Assembly (NCBI GenBank): GCA_035063585.1
Contig: JAPSGB010000012.1
Coordinates: forward strand, 32,001-96,000
Source of the DNA: Polyangiaceae bacterium
GTDB lineage: Bacteria > Myxococcota_A > Polyangia > Polyangiales > Polyangiaceae
Length of the DNA: 64,000 nt
Direction: 5' to 3'
Shown here one piece after another: positions 37,767-47,755 of the stretch. The position numbers and the translations under genes are program-made. The first letter of the stretch is position 1, and each line of letters opens with the position of its first letter. The notes below the pieces were generated by a model, which was not told where the DNA came from, did no database searches, and was given only the letters and a program-made list of their open reading frames with translations.

Positions 37767-38498
37767 TCAGAAGCCCAACGTGCCCTTGACGCCGATGGTC
37801 AGCCACTGGTGCAGGCCCTTATCCTCGATGTCGGTGCCGTTGTCACCGGTGGTCGAGGAGTACTGGCCGAGCGAGAAGCCGACGAAGGGACCGATCCCGA
37901 GGCTGTCGGTGGCCTTGAAGTCCGCTCCCACCTGGAGGTTGGCGAACTCGAAACCGCTGAAGCCACCCTTCAGGTCCCCCACCTTGGAGTCGAGCATTTC
38001 CATGCCGATGCCGAGGCCGAACCAGGGGTTGATCGACTGGCCGGGCGACAGTTGATACTGGCCCTGCACGCCGAAGCGAAGCTGGCTGACCGAGCAGTCG
38101 ACGCTGCGGGCGTCGCAGGCGTCCGATAGATCCGAAGCGAGCATCATGAAGGCGTACGAACCGTACAGGCCGACCATGATGTTCGGCGTGACCATGTAGC
38201 CGAGGTCGAGAGCGATCGGGACACCGCCGCTGATGGAGTCGCTGAGCTTGGCGTCCTTCACGGCGTCGCCCATCGGCAGCGTGTAGCCGAGGCGCAGACC
38301 GACCTTGATCTTGCCGCCCGCGTCCGGAGGGGTGCTGGTGTCGACAGCGCCGCCCGCGTTCGCCTGGCCGTCCGCGGCCTCACCGGCGGGCGCCGCCGCT
38401 GCCGGTTGCTCGCCGTCAGCGCCTTCCTGTGCGAGCGCGCTGGCCGCGGTGAACGTGAATGCGATCCCCAATGCGATGGATGAAATACGACGAATCAT
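37767..38498 (-). CDS. outer-membrane beta-barrel protein (OmpA/porin-like)
   Basis: Signal peptide (ALA-Q), alternating beta-strands and a terminal GVKGTLGF; SD GGAGG. Confidence 0.85.
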   Translation of the reverse strand: MIRRISSIALGIAFTFTAASALAQEGADGEQPAAAAPAGEAADGQANAGGAVDTSTPPDAGGKIKVGLRLGYTLPMGDAVKDAKLSDSISGGVPIALDLGYMVTPNIMVGLYGSYAFMMLASDLSDACDARSVDCSVSQLRFGVQGQYQLSPGQSINPWFGLGIGMEMLDSKVGDLKGGFSGFEFANLQVGADFKATDSLGIGPFVGFSLGQYSSTTGDNGTDIEDKGLHQWLTIGVKGTLGF

Positions 38499-38970
38499 TC
38501 TGGTTCCTCCTATGGTGTCGAACATCCGGCGCTGGATGCGGTGTCGTCATCGATGAAGCGATGCGCCGGAGGGTTTGGCGAGAGTATGCTCTTGCGGTTT
38601 CCGAACGGGCCACTTCGTGGCGCCGGCGGGCTCGACCTCAGACGGGCCGTTCCGCATCGACCGCATACGCCAGGTCCGTCACGAATCCTCCCTCGGACCG
38701 AGTGCGCGTTCACCGAGTCTCACCCGGTTTGGACGAGAACCTTCGCGCGCGGATTCAGGAAAAACCGCTGGCTTGGTGCGTAGCCTGTTACGCGCCACCG
38801 TGACCGGGGGTACCTCACGGGCAGACCGACCCGCCGCTCGGACCCGCTCTCGTGGCGACCCTCATCGAGCAGCCCTACGCCCGGCCGCTGCGGGACGCGG
38901 TGACGCCGACGCGCTGCAGGGTCAGCGGAGCCGGCTCAGCGCCGCAGGTCGCTGATGGACGCGCGCGGAG

Positions 38971-39639
38971 TCACACGTACTGCATGAGCGCGTCGCGGAG
39001 CTCGAAGTAGCGCCCCACGATGAAGGGGTGCTCGTCTTCCATGTAGAGTCGCGATTTCGACTCCCGGAGCTTCCGCACGCAGTCGACCAGCCGAGAGAGG
39101 CTGTTCGTCTCGAAGGTGAGCAGCCACTCGTAGTCACCGAGCCCGAAGCCGTAGACGCCGTTCGTGAGGATGTCCGGCACGAACTCATGCCCGATGTCGC
39201 CGTGGTCACCGATGACGGCCTTCCGCTCCCACTTCGGGAGCAGGTAGTACTCGGGCTTGCGGATGAACGGGTAGAAGCAGAGGTACTTTCGAGGCGTCAT
39301 GCCGACCGCGAAGGAGGTCGGGTGCTCGGAGAATTCGAAGGGCTTGGTGACGCCGGCGAAGGCGTGCGGCGTGTCGACGTATTTTCCGAGCGAGGAGCGC
39401 CGTAGCTCGAGCTCGAGATCCTGGATGAACGCGAAATCATCGGCGAACATCCAGAACAAGAGATCCGTGTGACCCTGGAAGCCCTGGACGACGTACGTCC
39501 CGCGGAGGCCGACCCGATCTTGGTACTTGGCGAAGAGGGCCGTGACCTCGTCGACCGCGGCGGTCTTCGCGGCGCGAGCGGCCTCGTTCCACTTGGCGGT
39601 GAACTTGACGGCGAGCTGAGCGGTGAACTGTTCTTGCAT
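38971..39639 (-). CDS. chlorite dismutase-family protein, probable coproheme decarboxylase (ChdC/HemQ-like)
   Basis: LRGTYVVQGF...DLLFW, FYPFIRKPEYYLLP, proximal His in GDHG, FGLGDYEWLLTFE. Confidence 0.8.
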   Translation of the reverse strand: MQEQFTAQLAVKFTAKWNEAARAAKTAAVDEVTALFAKYQDRVGLRGTYVVQGFQGHTDLLFWMFADDFAFIQDLELELRRSSLGKYVDTPHAFAGVTKPFEFSEHPTSFAVGMTPRKYLCFYPFIRKPEYYLLPKWERKAVIGDHGDIGHEFVPDILTNGVYGFGLGDYEWLLTFETNSLSRLVDCVRKLRESKSRLYMEDEHPFIVGRYFELRDALMQYV

Positions 39640-39659
39640 GGGCGATCTCCGATCGGGGG

Positions 39660-40148
39660 TCAGTGAGGCGCGGGTCCGGCGAACGTCGCGAGACGCTCGA
39701 CGTTCAGGCTCTCGTGGAGCCAGATGAAATCGACCAGGTTCTTGAGGCTCACCCGACCGAGCTCAGGGAAGACGGTCGACTTCGTCGCGAGGGTGCTCTC
39801 GTGCGTCTTGTTGAAGACTGCTTGCAAATAGCGAAAGCGGGACTCCTCGAGCAGTCGAATGAGCTCGGCGCGGGGGAGCGGCTCCGCGGACGGCGGGTCG
39901 GCGGGCTTCATTGCCGTGATGCGCGCGCGCAGGACGGACGGGTCGAGGTCGGCGACCGGCTCGCTCTTGGCCTCGAGGGCGTCCTGGATGGCTCGAGCCG
40001 TCGCGAGCTCGGTGGCGTACAGGTGTCGGATGATTTGCGACGGCGTCCAGCCGCCGGGCTGCGGCGCGTGGTCGAGGCGGTCGTCGGGGATTTGGGCGAG
40101 CGTCGCGAGAAGGCGGCGACGGGTGTTACCGAGGTCGGTGATCAGCAC
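39660..40148 (-). CDS. DinB/YfiT-family protein
   Basis: GGWTPSQIIRHL and FPELGRVSL...IWLHE motifs; SD GGAGG. Confidence 0.8.
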   Translation of the reverse strand: MLITDLGNTRRRLLATLAQIPDDRLDHAPQPGGWTPSQIIRHLYATELATARAIQDALEAKSEPVADLDPSVLRARITAMKPADPPSAEPLPRAELIRLLEESRFRYLQAVFNKTHESTLATKSTVFPELGRVSLKNLVDFIWLHESLNVERLATFAGPAPH

Positions 40149-40391
40149 TTGCTTCCTCCGTGTATCGTGGGCGTGCGAAATGGACGCGCCGCGCCCGCCC
40201 GGCTTGTCGGGCGGTCAAATGAGGCCGGGCGCGGGCGCGGCGGTGGAGCGGCTCGATGCGAACGGCATCGGTGAGCGCGCAGCCTCTCTCTACTCGCTTC
40301 CTGCCGCCGCGACCAGAGGCGCGCCGCGCGTCTCCACCATGAGCGGGTTCCGCGGGTGGCGGTTTCTTGACGCCGTGGCAAGCTGGCTCGG

Positions 40392-41387
40392 ATGCCGGCG
40401 ACGGGGCGCGAGGGGGTGCTGCTCGAAGCTCTGCGCGCGCACGTCCTCGGCGCCTCGCTCGAGTGGCTGCCCGAGCGGCTCCGCGCGCGCGAGGAGCCGC
40501 GCTCGGCCGCTCCGGAGGCGCTCGCGGCGCACGTGCTCCGGCACCGCGAGCTCATCGGCGGCTGGCTCGTGGGCGCGGTCGAGCGCGAGCCTCGGAGCGG
40601 AGCGTGGCACGAGGATCCCGCCCATCACCTCGCGCTCGCGGTCTTGCGCCGCGCGCAGGCGATGAATCAGTATTTCTCGTTTTCACGCGAGCGAGTGCGC
40701 GCCCTCGATCGACTCCTCTCGCGCTCGCTCGGCGAGCTCGTGACGACGATCGACGAGGCTGGCAGCGACCCGGGCGCGCTCTCGTCGCGGCTCACGAGGC
40801 ATTGGAGAGCGCTCGAGCGCGCGCTCGACGGCTGGCTCGACGACGTGCTCGGCGACCAGCCGCCCGGCCTCGCGCTCGCGACGGACGGCTCGATCGTGTG
40901 CGGGGACTACGACCCGGAGCTCCAGCGCCGCCTGCTCGGGCTGGCCGCCGGCGAGCTGGTCGAGCCGGTGCTCGATCTCGGCTGCGGCGAGCACGCCGCG
41001 CTGGTCCGTGCGCTCAGGGCCGAAGGGATCGCGATCGCGGGCGTCGATCGCGTCGCCGCGCCGCTCGACGGCGTCACCGAGGGGGACTGGCTCGAGGTTC
41101 CGCTCGCGGCCGCGCAGTGGGGGACCATCATCTCGCACCTCGGCTTCTCGCTTCACTTCCTCCACCATCACTTGCGGGCCGAGGGCTCGGAGTCAGAGCG
41201 CTACGCGGTTCGCTACATGCAGCTCCTGAGCGCGCTCCGGCCGGGCGGTGCCTTCATCTACGCGCCCGGGCTGCCGTTCTTCGAGGAGCTCTTGCCGCCA
41301 GCGCGCTACCGGGTCGACAAGCGGGCGATTGCCGCCGCGTCGCCGGGCGAGTCGAGCTACGCGTGTCGCGTCGAACGGCTCGGCTGA
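40392..41387 (+). CDS. class I SAM-dependent methyltransferase-like protein
   Basis: VLDLGCG motif I, GVD, and LRPGGAFIYAP. Confidence 0.75.
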   Translation: MPATGREGVLLEALRAHVLGASLEWLPERLRAREEPRSAAPEALAAHVLRHRELIGGWLVGAVEREPRSGAWHEDPAHHLALAVLRRAQAMNQYFSFSRERVRALDRLLSRSLGELVTTIDEAGSDPGALSSRLTRHWRALERALDGWLDDVLGDQPPGLALATDGSIVCGDYDPELQRRLLGLAAGELVEPVLDLGCGEHAALVRALRAEGIAIAGVDRVAAPLDGVTEGDWLEVPLAAAQWGTIISHLGFSLHFLHHHLRAEGSESERYAVRYMQLLSALRPGGAFIYAPGLPFFEELLPPARYRVDKRAIAAASPGESSYACRVERLG

Positions 41388-41490
41388 GCGGGCGCGCGGC
41401 CCGGGCTTGCGTTCGCTCCGGCGGCGCTCGATGTTGGAGCGCGGCGCGGGGTTCCGCGCCGGGCCGACATCACCCTCCGGAGGAGTCGAC

Positions 41491-42147
41491 ATGCGGATCG
41501 CGGTGCTGGGAACGGGAGACGTAGGGCGTACGCTCGCGAGCGCCTTCATCACGCTCGGGCACGAGGTCCGCATGGGCTCGCGAAGCGCTTCCAGCCCGAA
41601 GGCGCTGGCGTGGGCGAGCTCGGCGGGCGAGCGCGCGTCGGTGGGGACGTTCTCCGACGCGGCGGCGTGGGGCGAGTGGGTGGTCGTCGCGACGCTCGGC
41701 ACCGCGCTGCCGATGATGCTCCGCGCCGCGGGCGCCGAGAGCTTCGGTGACAAGCTCGTCATCGACACCACGGTGCCCATCGATCTCTCGAGCGGTCGAC
41801 CGGCGCTCGCGCTCGGGTTCACCGAGTCGTGTGGCGAGCAGCTGCAGGCGTTCCTGCCTCGCGCCAAGGTGGTGAAGGCGTTCACCACCGTGGGGCACTC
41901 GCTGATGTTCCGGCCCGCGCTCGAGGGCGGGCCGCCCGACATGTTCGTGTGCGGCGACGACGCCGAAGCGAAACGGCGGGTGGGTGAGCTGCTCGCCGAG
42001 ATGGGGTGGGGGATGGTCGATGTCGGCGGTATCCTCACCTCGCGCTACCTCGAGCCGATGGCGCTCGTGTGGATGCTCGTGGGCGTCCAGCGCGGCGGCT
42101 TCGCGCACGCGTTCAAGCTCATCGGTCGAGGCGAAGCGGCGCGCTGA
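41491..42147 (+). CDS. NADP oxidoreductase (F420-dependent NADP reductase family)
   Basis: MRIAVLGTGDVG Rossmann motif, GSR, VVKAF, CGDDAEAK and RYLEP; SD GGAGGAG. Confidence 0.9.
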   Translation: MRIAVLGTGDVGRTLASAFITLGHEVRMGSRSASSPKALAWASSAGERASVGTFSDAAAWGEWVVVATLGTALPMMLRAAGAESFGDKLVIDTTVPIDLSSGRPALALGFTESCGEQLQAFLPRAKVVKAFTTVGHSLMFRPALEGGPPDMFVCGDDAEAKRRVGELLAEMGWGMVDVGGILTSRYLEPMALVWMLVGVQRGGFAHAFKLIGRGEAAR

Positions 42148-42213
42148 GGAGGCCCGGGGGGGGTCGGTCCGGCGCGCAGCCGCACGCTTGCCCGCGGAGC
42201 GCCCGCACCGCGC

Positions 42214-43833
42214 TCACGGCATCGGCTGTGAGCGCGATGACGGCGCGCCGAGCATCTCGGGCCACCCGCCGCTCCACGCGAGCCGATCGACGAGCACGAT
42301 GCGGCCGGGCGCCTGCCCGACCTTTCCGGCCTGCCACGCGTGGTAGACGTGCACCCAGTCGCCCGACGGCCCTTGCAGGATCGAACCATGGCCGGGACCC
42401 GCCCAGTCCCCGCGACTCGAGAGGATGGGCGCTCCCTTCTTGGTGAACGGCCCGAGCGGCGAGCTGGCCTTGGCGACCCCGACCCCGTAGCTCGAGCTCG
42501 CGTAGCCGTTGCCGCTGTAAAAGAGGAAGAACTCTCCGCCCCGCTCGATCATCCACGGCCCCTCGACGAGCGGGCCCTCCCAGCCGAGCGTGTTGGTGAT
42601 GAGCGTGGTCGGAGAGCCTTCCAGGGAGAGCCCATCCGGGGCGAGCTCCTGGAGCTTGATGGGCGTCGATTTTCCGGCTGCGTTCCCGTCGACCTTCCAC
42701 AGGATGTATTGTTTCCCTGAGGAAGCGCGGAAATAGTGCGCGTCGATGGCGCCCGGGCTCGGCTCGGTGACGAGCGGATGTCCGAGGTCGGTGAAGGGGC
42801 CGCCCGGCGCGGGCGCGCTCGCGGCGCCGATCGCGTAGGTGCCCGAGCTCCGCGCGCGCGCGCTGTAGTAGACGACGTAGCCGCCGCCCACCGCGTGGAT
42901 CTCGGGCGCCCAGAAGTTCTCGCTCGCCCACCCGGGCGCGCTCCCGAACACCGAGCCCTCGCGCTTCCAGTGCACGAGATCCTTCGAGGTGCGGATGGGG
43001 AAGCCGGGCCCCGGCGTGCAGACCATGTAATAGGTGTCTCCCGCGCGGAGCACGCCGGGATCCGGGCAGTCGGTGCCCACCACCGGGTTCGCGTAGAGCC
43101 CGTCGCACGCGGTGTGGCGAAAGGACAGATCACAGGCGTTTCCGCCGGCGAAGTACGGAGTCCAGCCGTTCGACAGGGTCGCGAAGGACTGGCCGCCGCT
43201 CGCCGAGCAGGTGCCGTTCCAGGTGACCACGCCGGCGACGTCGTCGTAGCGGTTCGCGTGGCCGGCCCCTGCGATCCAGGCGGGCCCGTACGAGACGCGC
43301 GTCTCGCAGCTCGTCGGCACGCCCGCGCAGCCGGCGGTGTAGTCGAGCGCGATGACGCAGCTCTTGCCGTGGAAGAACGGGGCCCAGCCGTTCGAGAGCG
43401 GCGCCGAGGCGTTGCCGCTGCCGTCGACCGCGCAGCTTCCGTCCCAAGTGACCACGCCGTCGACCTCGTCGTAGTCGCTTGCGTGACCGTCGGGGCGAAA
43501 CCAACCCGAGCCGTAGGTGATCCGGGTCCGGCACGGCTCGACGCCGGGCGCCCCGCCGCTCGCCGCGCCGCCCGCGCCTGCGCCGCCGTCCGGCGCCGCT
43601 CCCGCGAGGCCGCCGGCGCCGGCGTTCGTCACGCCGGCGCTGCCCGCCGCCACGCCGCCGGCGCTCCCGCCCGAGCCCGCCGCGCCGCCGCCGCTCCCGG
43701 GCGAGTTGGCGCGCCCACCGTTCGCGGACGCCTCGCCGCTCGCGTCCTCGGCGCCACAGGCGGTCATGACGAGCGGGGCGGGGAGGCAGAGGAGCGCCGC
43801 GAGCGCGACGGCGGAGCGAGTACTCGAGCGCAT
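42214..43833 (-). CDS. glycoside hydrolase family 43 lipoprotein
   Basis: Lipobox-like MTAC, Gly linker, then GH43 motifs PDPGV, WAPEI, AIDA, LVEGP and GPGHGS. Confidence 0.92.
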   Translation of the reverse strand: MRSSTRSAVALAALLCLPAPLVMTACGAEDASGEASANGGRANSPGSGGGAAGSGGSAGGVAAGSAGVTNAGAGGLAGAAPDGGAGAGGAASGGAPGVEPCRTRITYGSGWFRPDGHASDYDEVDGVVTWDGSCAVDGSGNASAPLSNGWAPFFHGKSCVIALDYTAGCAGVPTSCETRVSYGPAWIAGAGHANRYDDVAGVVTWNGTCSASGGQSFATLSNGWTPYFAGGNACDLSFRHTACDGLYANPVVGTDCPDPGVLRAGDTYYMVCTPGPGFPIRTSKDLVHWKREGSVFGSAPGWASENFWAPEIHAVGGGYVVYYSARARSSGTYAIGAASAPAPGGPFTDLGHPLVTEPSPGAIDAHYFRASSGKQYILWKVDGNAAGKSTPIKLQELAPDGLSLEGSPTTLITNTLGWEGPLVEGPWMIERGGEFFLFYSGNGYASSSYGVGVAKASSPLGPFTKKGAPILSSRGDWAGPGHGSILQGPSGDWVHVYHAWQAGKVGQAPGRIVLVDRLAWSGGWPEMLGAPSSRSQPMP

Positions 43834-43925
43834 GGCGACAGAATACCACTCTCGGCGCGGCGACGGAGAGCGCGGCGCGTCCCCGCCCGTCGACGCGCGA
43901 CGCCGGCTGATGTACACCCGGCGGT

Positions 43926-44402
43926 ATGGCGACTAGGCTCCCGAAGCAGGCGTTTCTGGCCATCGCAGCGGTGGCGTGGGCGGACGGCCGGATGCGGCGT
44001 GACGAGGCGGACGGGCTCCTCCGCGCGGCGCGCGCGAGCGGCCTCGACGGAGACGAGCTCGCCGCGCTCGAACGAGCGACCGCGAGCGCGCTCGACCTCG
44101 GCGCGGTCGAGCTCGGTGAGCTGAACCGCTGGCAGCGCGCGCTCACGTATGCGTTCGCGTCGTGGCTCGCGCGGCTCGACGGCGTGGTGAACGCCGAGGA
44201 GCTCGCCACGCTCCGCAAGCTCGGCGCCGCGCTCGAGCTGCCGCAGCCGACGCTCGCGAGCGCGGCGTCGGCCGCCTTCGACATCGCGTGCCTGCCCGAC
44301 GGGCACCGCCCGGAGAAATACGATTTTCGCGCGCTCGAGGAGCGGCTCATGGAAAAGCTTCCCGGCTCGTTCCGCGAGTCGCACGCGCCGACCGCTTCCT
44401 GA
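43926..44402 (+). CDS. TerB-like/DUF533 protein
   Basis: AIAAVAWADG...EADGL and LARLDGVVNAEELATL tellurite-resistance-type repeats. Confidence 0.75.
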   Translation: MATRLPKQAFLAIAAVAWADGRMRRDEADGLLRAARASGLDGDELAALERATASALDLGAVELGELNRWQRALTYAFASWLARLDGVVNAEELATLRKLGAALELPQPTLASAASAAFDIACLPDGHRPEKYDFRALEERLMEKLPGSFRESHAPTAS

Positions 44403-44454
44403 GCTGGCGCGCACGGGCCGAGCTCGCACCCTTCGCCGAGCCGAGGAGAGTACC

Positions 44455-45147
44455 TTGTCCGAGAGTCGCAAGCTCCGCCGCGCGCAGCGCGCCCGCCGCG
44501 AGCGCGCCGAGACGCCCGAGCCCATCAAGGATCGCGACGCGCTCCGGCGCGAGCTCGCCAGCGAGCGCTTCAAGAGGCCGGGCTCGGAGGCGCTCTGGAG
44601 CGCGCTCCTCGGCTGGGAGCTCGCGCGGCTCGAGCGGATCTGGCTCTGTCAGGCCGTCCACGACGCGGCGCGGCGACAGGACGCGGCGCTCGTCCGGCGC
44701 GAGCTCCTCGCTCGGGCGCCCGCGGTCGCCGAGCGCCTGGCGAGCGACGAGAGCGCGCGCGCGGTCGAGCTCTGCGGGTCGAGCGGCGACGAGTACCGCG
44801 CGGGCAACCCCTCGCCCAAGTGGCACTACCTCGCGAGCGTCGCCGCGCGGCTCGGGCTCGGTGAGCCGACCCCGGACGAGCTCCAGGATGACTGGGAAGT
44901 GTGGACCAGCATGGCGCTCGCCGCGCCGGTGCGAAAGGCGCTCCTCGACGCGCTCGCCGAGGCCGAGAAGCTCGCCGGCGTGCTCGCCAAGGGCGCGCGC
45001 TCCGAGCGCGCCGGCGCGGTCGCCAACGTGACGCGTGCGGTGTGGTCGGCGCTCGCGTACGGCGAGGAGCCGGCGCTCGCGCGCGTGGAGGGCTGGAGCG
45101 CCGAGTGGCTCGCCGCGCTCGCCCGGGCCGATGTTCACTCGAAGTGA
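44455..45147 (+). CDS. hypothetical protein
   Basis: Helical ORF with GC-rich third codon positions, co-oriented with the upstream gene; TTG start. Confidence 0.55.
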   Translation: MSESRKLRRAQRARRERAETPEPIKDRDALRRELASERFKRPGSEALWSALLGWELARLERIWLCQAVHDAARRQDAALVRRELLARAPAVAERLASDESARAVELCGSSGDEYRAGNPSPKWHYLASVAARLGLGEPTPDELQDDWEVWTSMALAAPVRKALLDALAEAEKLAGVLAKGARSERAGAVANVTRAVWSALAYGEEPALARVEGWSAEWLAALARADVHSK

Positions 45148-45207
45148 ACAGAGTTATTGAACGTTCATGGCTGGGGGCCCGGGCTCGCGCCGCCGGCCGC
45201 GCCGTGC

Positions 45208-47013
45208 CTACAGGACCTCGAGCCGCCTGGGATCCGGGGGAGCTGGGGTCGGTTCGGCGCGAAGCCGGGCGGGGGGCGGCTCGGGCCACTCGCCCGGCGC
45301 GAACGGGAGCGGCCCCGGCAGGGTGGGCTGGGTGTTCTTCTCGAAGAGCGCGAACTCGTGGCTCGCGTCGAGCTCGAGCGAGAGCCCGCGCTCGGGCCCG
45401 CGGGCCGCGAACCACGCGCGCGCCGCTTGCACGTTCGCGATGAGCACCGCGTGCTGCGGATCGCGGCGCGCTGCTTCGAGGAACCGCGCCTGCATCCCTT
45501 CGATATTTCCCTGTCGAAAGGCGATGCAGCCGAGCAGGTTGAGCGCGACGCCGGGGGTCGGGTGGCCCGCGTCGAGCGCCCGGCGAGCGTGGTGGGCGGC
45601 TTCGTCGAAGGCGCAGGCGCGGTAGAGCGCGCCGGCGAGATCGAGCTCGGCCGCGTGGTGGCCGCCGAGTCGCTCGACGATGGCGCGCGCCTCGGCGACG
45701 CTCGGGCGGTAGGCGACGTGGAGCCCCTTGTTCGCGGCGAACCAGTCGTTCATCTCGCGCGCGAGCTCGGGGGTCGCGTCGAAGGGCATCTTGAGCTCTT
45801 GGAACGTCTCGCTGAAGTATTGCTCGCGGCGCACCTTGCCGCTCGCCTCGGCGTCGTCGAAGTCCTGCGTGCCCGGGTAGATGCTGAGGCACGAGAAGAG
45901 GTACTGGTGCGGCCGGGCCGCATCGAGGAACCGCAAGGACTCGTGGAACGTCTCCCGGGTCTCGCCGCGGTTGCCGAGCATCATGTAGAAGCGCACGGCG
46001 ATGCCGTAGCGCTTCGCCATCTCGGTGCCGGCGAGGATCTCATCGACCGTGATCTTCTTGTTGATGGCGCCGAGGATGGCTGGCGAGCCGCTCTCGACGC
46101 CGAGGCTCAGCCGCTCGCAGCCCGCGAGGCGCATCTCGTAGAGGAGCTCTTCGCTCAGCACGTCCACGCGGGTGTCGCAGCTCCAGAGAAATGAGAGCTT
46201 TCGCGCGCGGATCCCGCGGCAGAGCTCGAGCACGCGCTTGCGGTTGGCGGTGAAGGTGTCGTCCTTCACGATGAGCATCTTGACGGGGAGCTGCTCGACG
46301 GCGTGCGCGATGTCGTCGAGCACGGTCGGGACGCTCCGCGCGCGGTAGCCGCGGCCCCAGGTGGTGTCGGCGCCGCAGAACGTGCAGGCCCAGGGGCAGC
46401 CGCGGCTGGTCATCAGGATGTGGGTCGCGAAGTAGTCGTGCGGCGAGGCGAGCGCGTCGAGCTTCGGGATCGCCGGGCGGCGCGGCCCCTCGACGAGCTC
46501 GCCGCCTTGGCGGTAGAACGTCCCGGCGAGGCCCGTCGCCGGCTCGCCGCGCTCGAGCCGCTCGATGAGCTCGAGGAAGGTGTGCTCGCTCTCGCCGACC
46601 GCGAGCGTGTCGATCTCCGGGTGGTGCGCGAGCATCTCGCGGGCGAGCGGGGTCGCGTGCGGCCCTCCGACCACCACGTGCACTCCCGGGCGGAGGCGCT
46701 TCAGCTCCCGCGCGACGAGGCCGACCCCGCGGCGATTCGAGGTCCAGCACGACATGCCGACGAGCTCCGCGTCGAGCCCTTCGAGGAGCTCGCGCGTCTT
46801 CGTCCAGGGGTAACCCGAGAGGTTCAAGACCTTCACCTGGTGGCCGGCCCGGAGCGCCTGCGCGGCGAGGCTCAGGAGCCCGTACGGTACCTGATGGAAG
46901 TCGGAGTCGAGATCGCCCTCGCGGTACCCGGCAGGCGGCCCGTCGCGGCCGAGGCTCGGCTCGCCGGGGAGCGGGATCTTCCAGGGCGGCGGGTAGATGA
47001 GGGCGATGCGCAC
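45208..47013 (-). CDS. B12-binding-domain radical SAM protein with C-terminal TPR
   Basis: PYGLLSLA, VVVGGPHAT, SRGCPWACTFC (CxxxCxxC), GVESGS and a TPR-like tail (ALNLLGCIAF). Confidence 0.9.
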   Translation of the reverse strand: MRIALIYPPPWKIPLPGEPSLGRDGPPAGYREGDLDSDFHQVPYGLLSLAAQALRAGHQVKVLNLSGYPWTKTRELLEGLDAELVGMSCWTSNRRGVGLVARELKRLRPGVHVVVGGPHATPLAREMLAHHPEIDTLAVGESEHTFLELIERLERGEPATGLAGTFYRQGGELVEGPRRPAIPKLDALASPHDYFATHILMTSRGCPWACTFCGADTTWGRGYRARSVPTVLDDIAHAVEQLPVKMLIVKDDTFTANRKRVLELCRGIRARKLSFLWSCDTRVDVLSEELLYEMRLAGCERLSLGVESGSPAILGAINKKITVDEILAGTEMAKRYGIAVRFYMMLGNRGETRETFHESLRFLDAARPHQYLFSCLSIYPGTQDFDDAEASGKVRREQYFSETFQELKMPFDATPELAREMNDWFAANKGLHVAYRPSVAEARAIVERLGGHHAAELDLAGALYRACAFDEAAHHARRALDAGHPTPGVALNLLGCIAFRQGNIEGMQARFLEAARRDPQHAVLIANVQAARAWFAARGPERGLSLELDASHEFALFEKNTQPTLPGPLPFAPGEWPEPPPARLRAEPTPAPPDPRRLEVL

Positions 47014-47107
47014 GCCGTGAGTCTAACCGGGGCGGCTCGCCAGGGCAGCTTCGGATGGGGTCGTGCGTTCGCGGGCGGCTCTGGCATGCTACGGAGCGAG
47101 GTCGCCG

Positions 47108-47755
47108 ATGTTGTTTGGACGAAAGCTGGTCGAGCTCCCCCGCCCGGGCGAGGCGCTGCCGGGCCGCTCCGAGCCCGTGACGGTGCCCGAGCGGCACTTC
47201 GTGAACGGTCACCGACTCGAGCCCCCGTTTCCCTCCGGGCTCGAGCGCGCCCTCTTCGGGATGGGGTGCTTCTGGGGCGCGGAGCGAAAATTCTGGGAGG
47301 AGCCGGGCGTGTACTCGACCGCCTCGGGCTACGCGGGCGGCGCGACGCCGAACCCCACCTACGAGGAGGTGTGCTCGGGGCGCACCGGGCACGCCGAGGT
47401 GGTGCTCGCGGTGTTCGAGCCGGCGGTCGTGCCCTACGAGCGGCTGCTTCGGATTTTCTGGGAGCACCACGACCCGACCCAGGGCATGCGCCAGGGAAAC
47501 GACGTCGGGACCCAGTATCGCTCGGCGATTTTCCCGACCAGCGCCGAGCAGGAGCGCGCCGCGCTCGCCTCGCGCGACGCCTACGCAGCGCGTCTCGCCG
47601 AGCGCGGCTTCGGCGCCGTCACCACCGAGATCCGCGCGGGCGCCGACTTCTATTACGCGGAAGCCTACCACCAGCAGTATCTCGCCAAGAACCCGGACGG
47701 CTACTGCGGGCTCGGCGGCACCGGGGTGAGCTGCCCGGCGGGGCTCGGCGCGTGA
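47108..47755 (+). CDS. msrA: peptide-methionine (S)-S-oxide reductase
   Basis: [28 protein letters not shown] and AEAYHQQYL motifs. Confidence 0.97.
   Translation: MLFGRKLVELPRPGEALPGRSEPVTVPERHFVNGHRLEPPFPSGLERALFGMGCFWGAERKFWEEPGVYSTASGYAGGATPNPTYEEVCSGRTGHAEVVLAVFEPAVVPYERLLRIFWEHHDPTQGMRQGNDVGTQYRSAIFPTSAEQERAALASRDAYAARLAERGFGAVTTEIRAGADFYYAEAYHQQYLAKNPDGYCGLGGTGVSCPAGLGA

Noticed and set aside
38500..38970. Long intergenic region as a riboswitch or sRNA
   Set aside because: I recognised no conserved riboswitch motif by eye. An Rfam/Infernal scan would be needed to exclude one.
38971..39639. True chlorite dismutase
   Set aside because: It appears to lack the distal Arg and has ChdC-type Tyr and His features.
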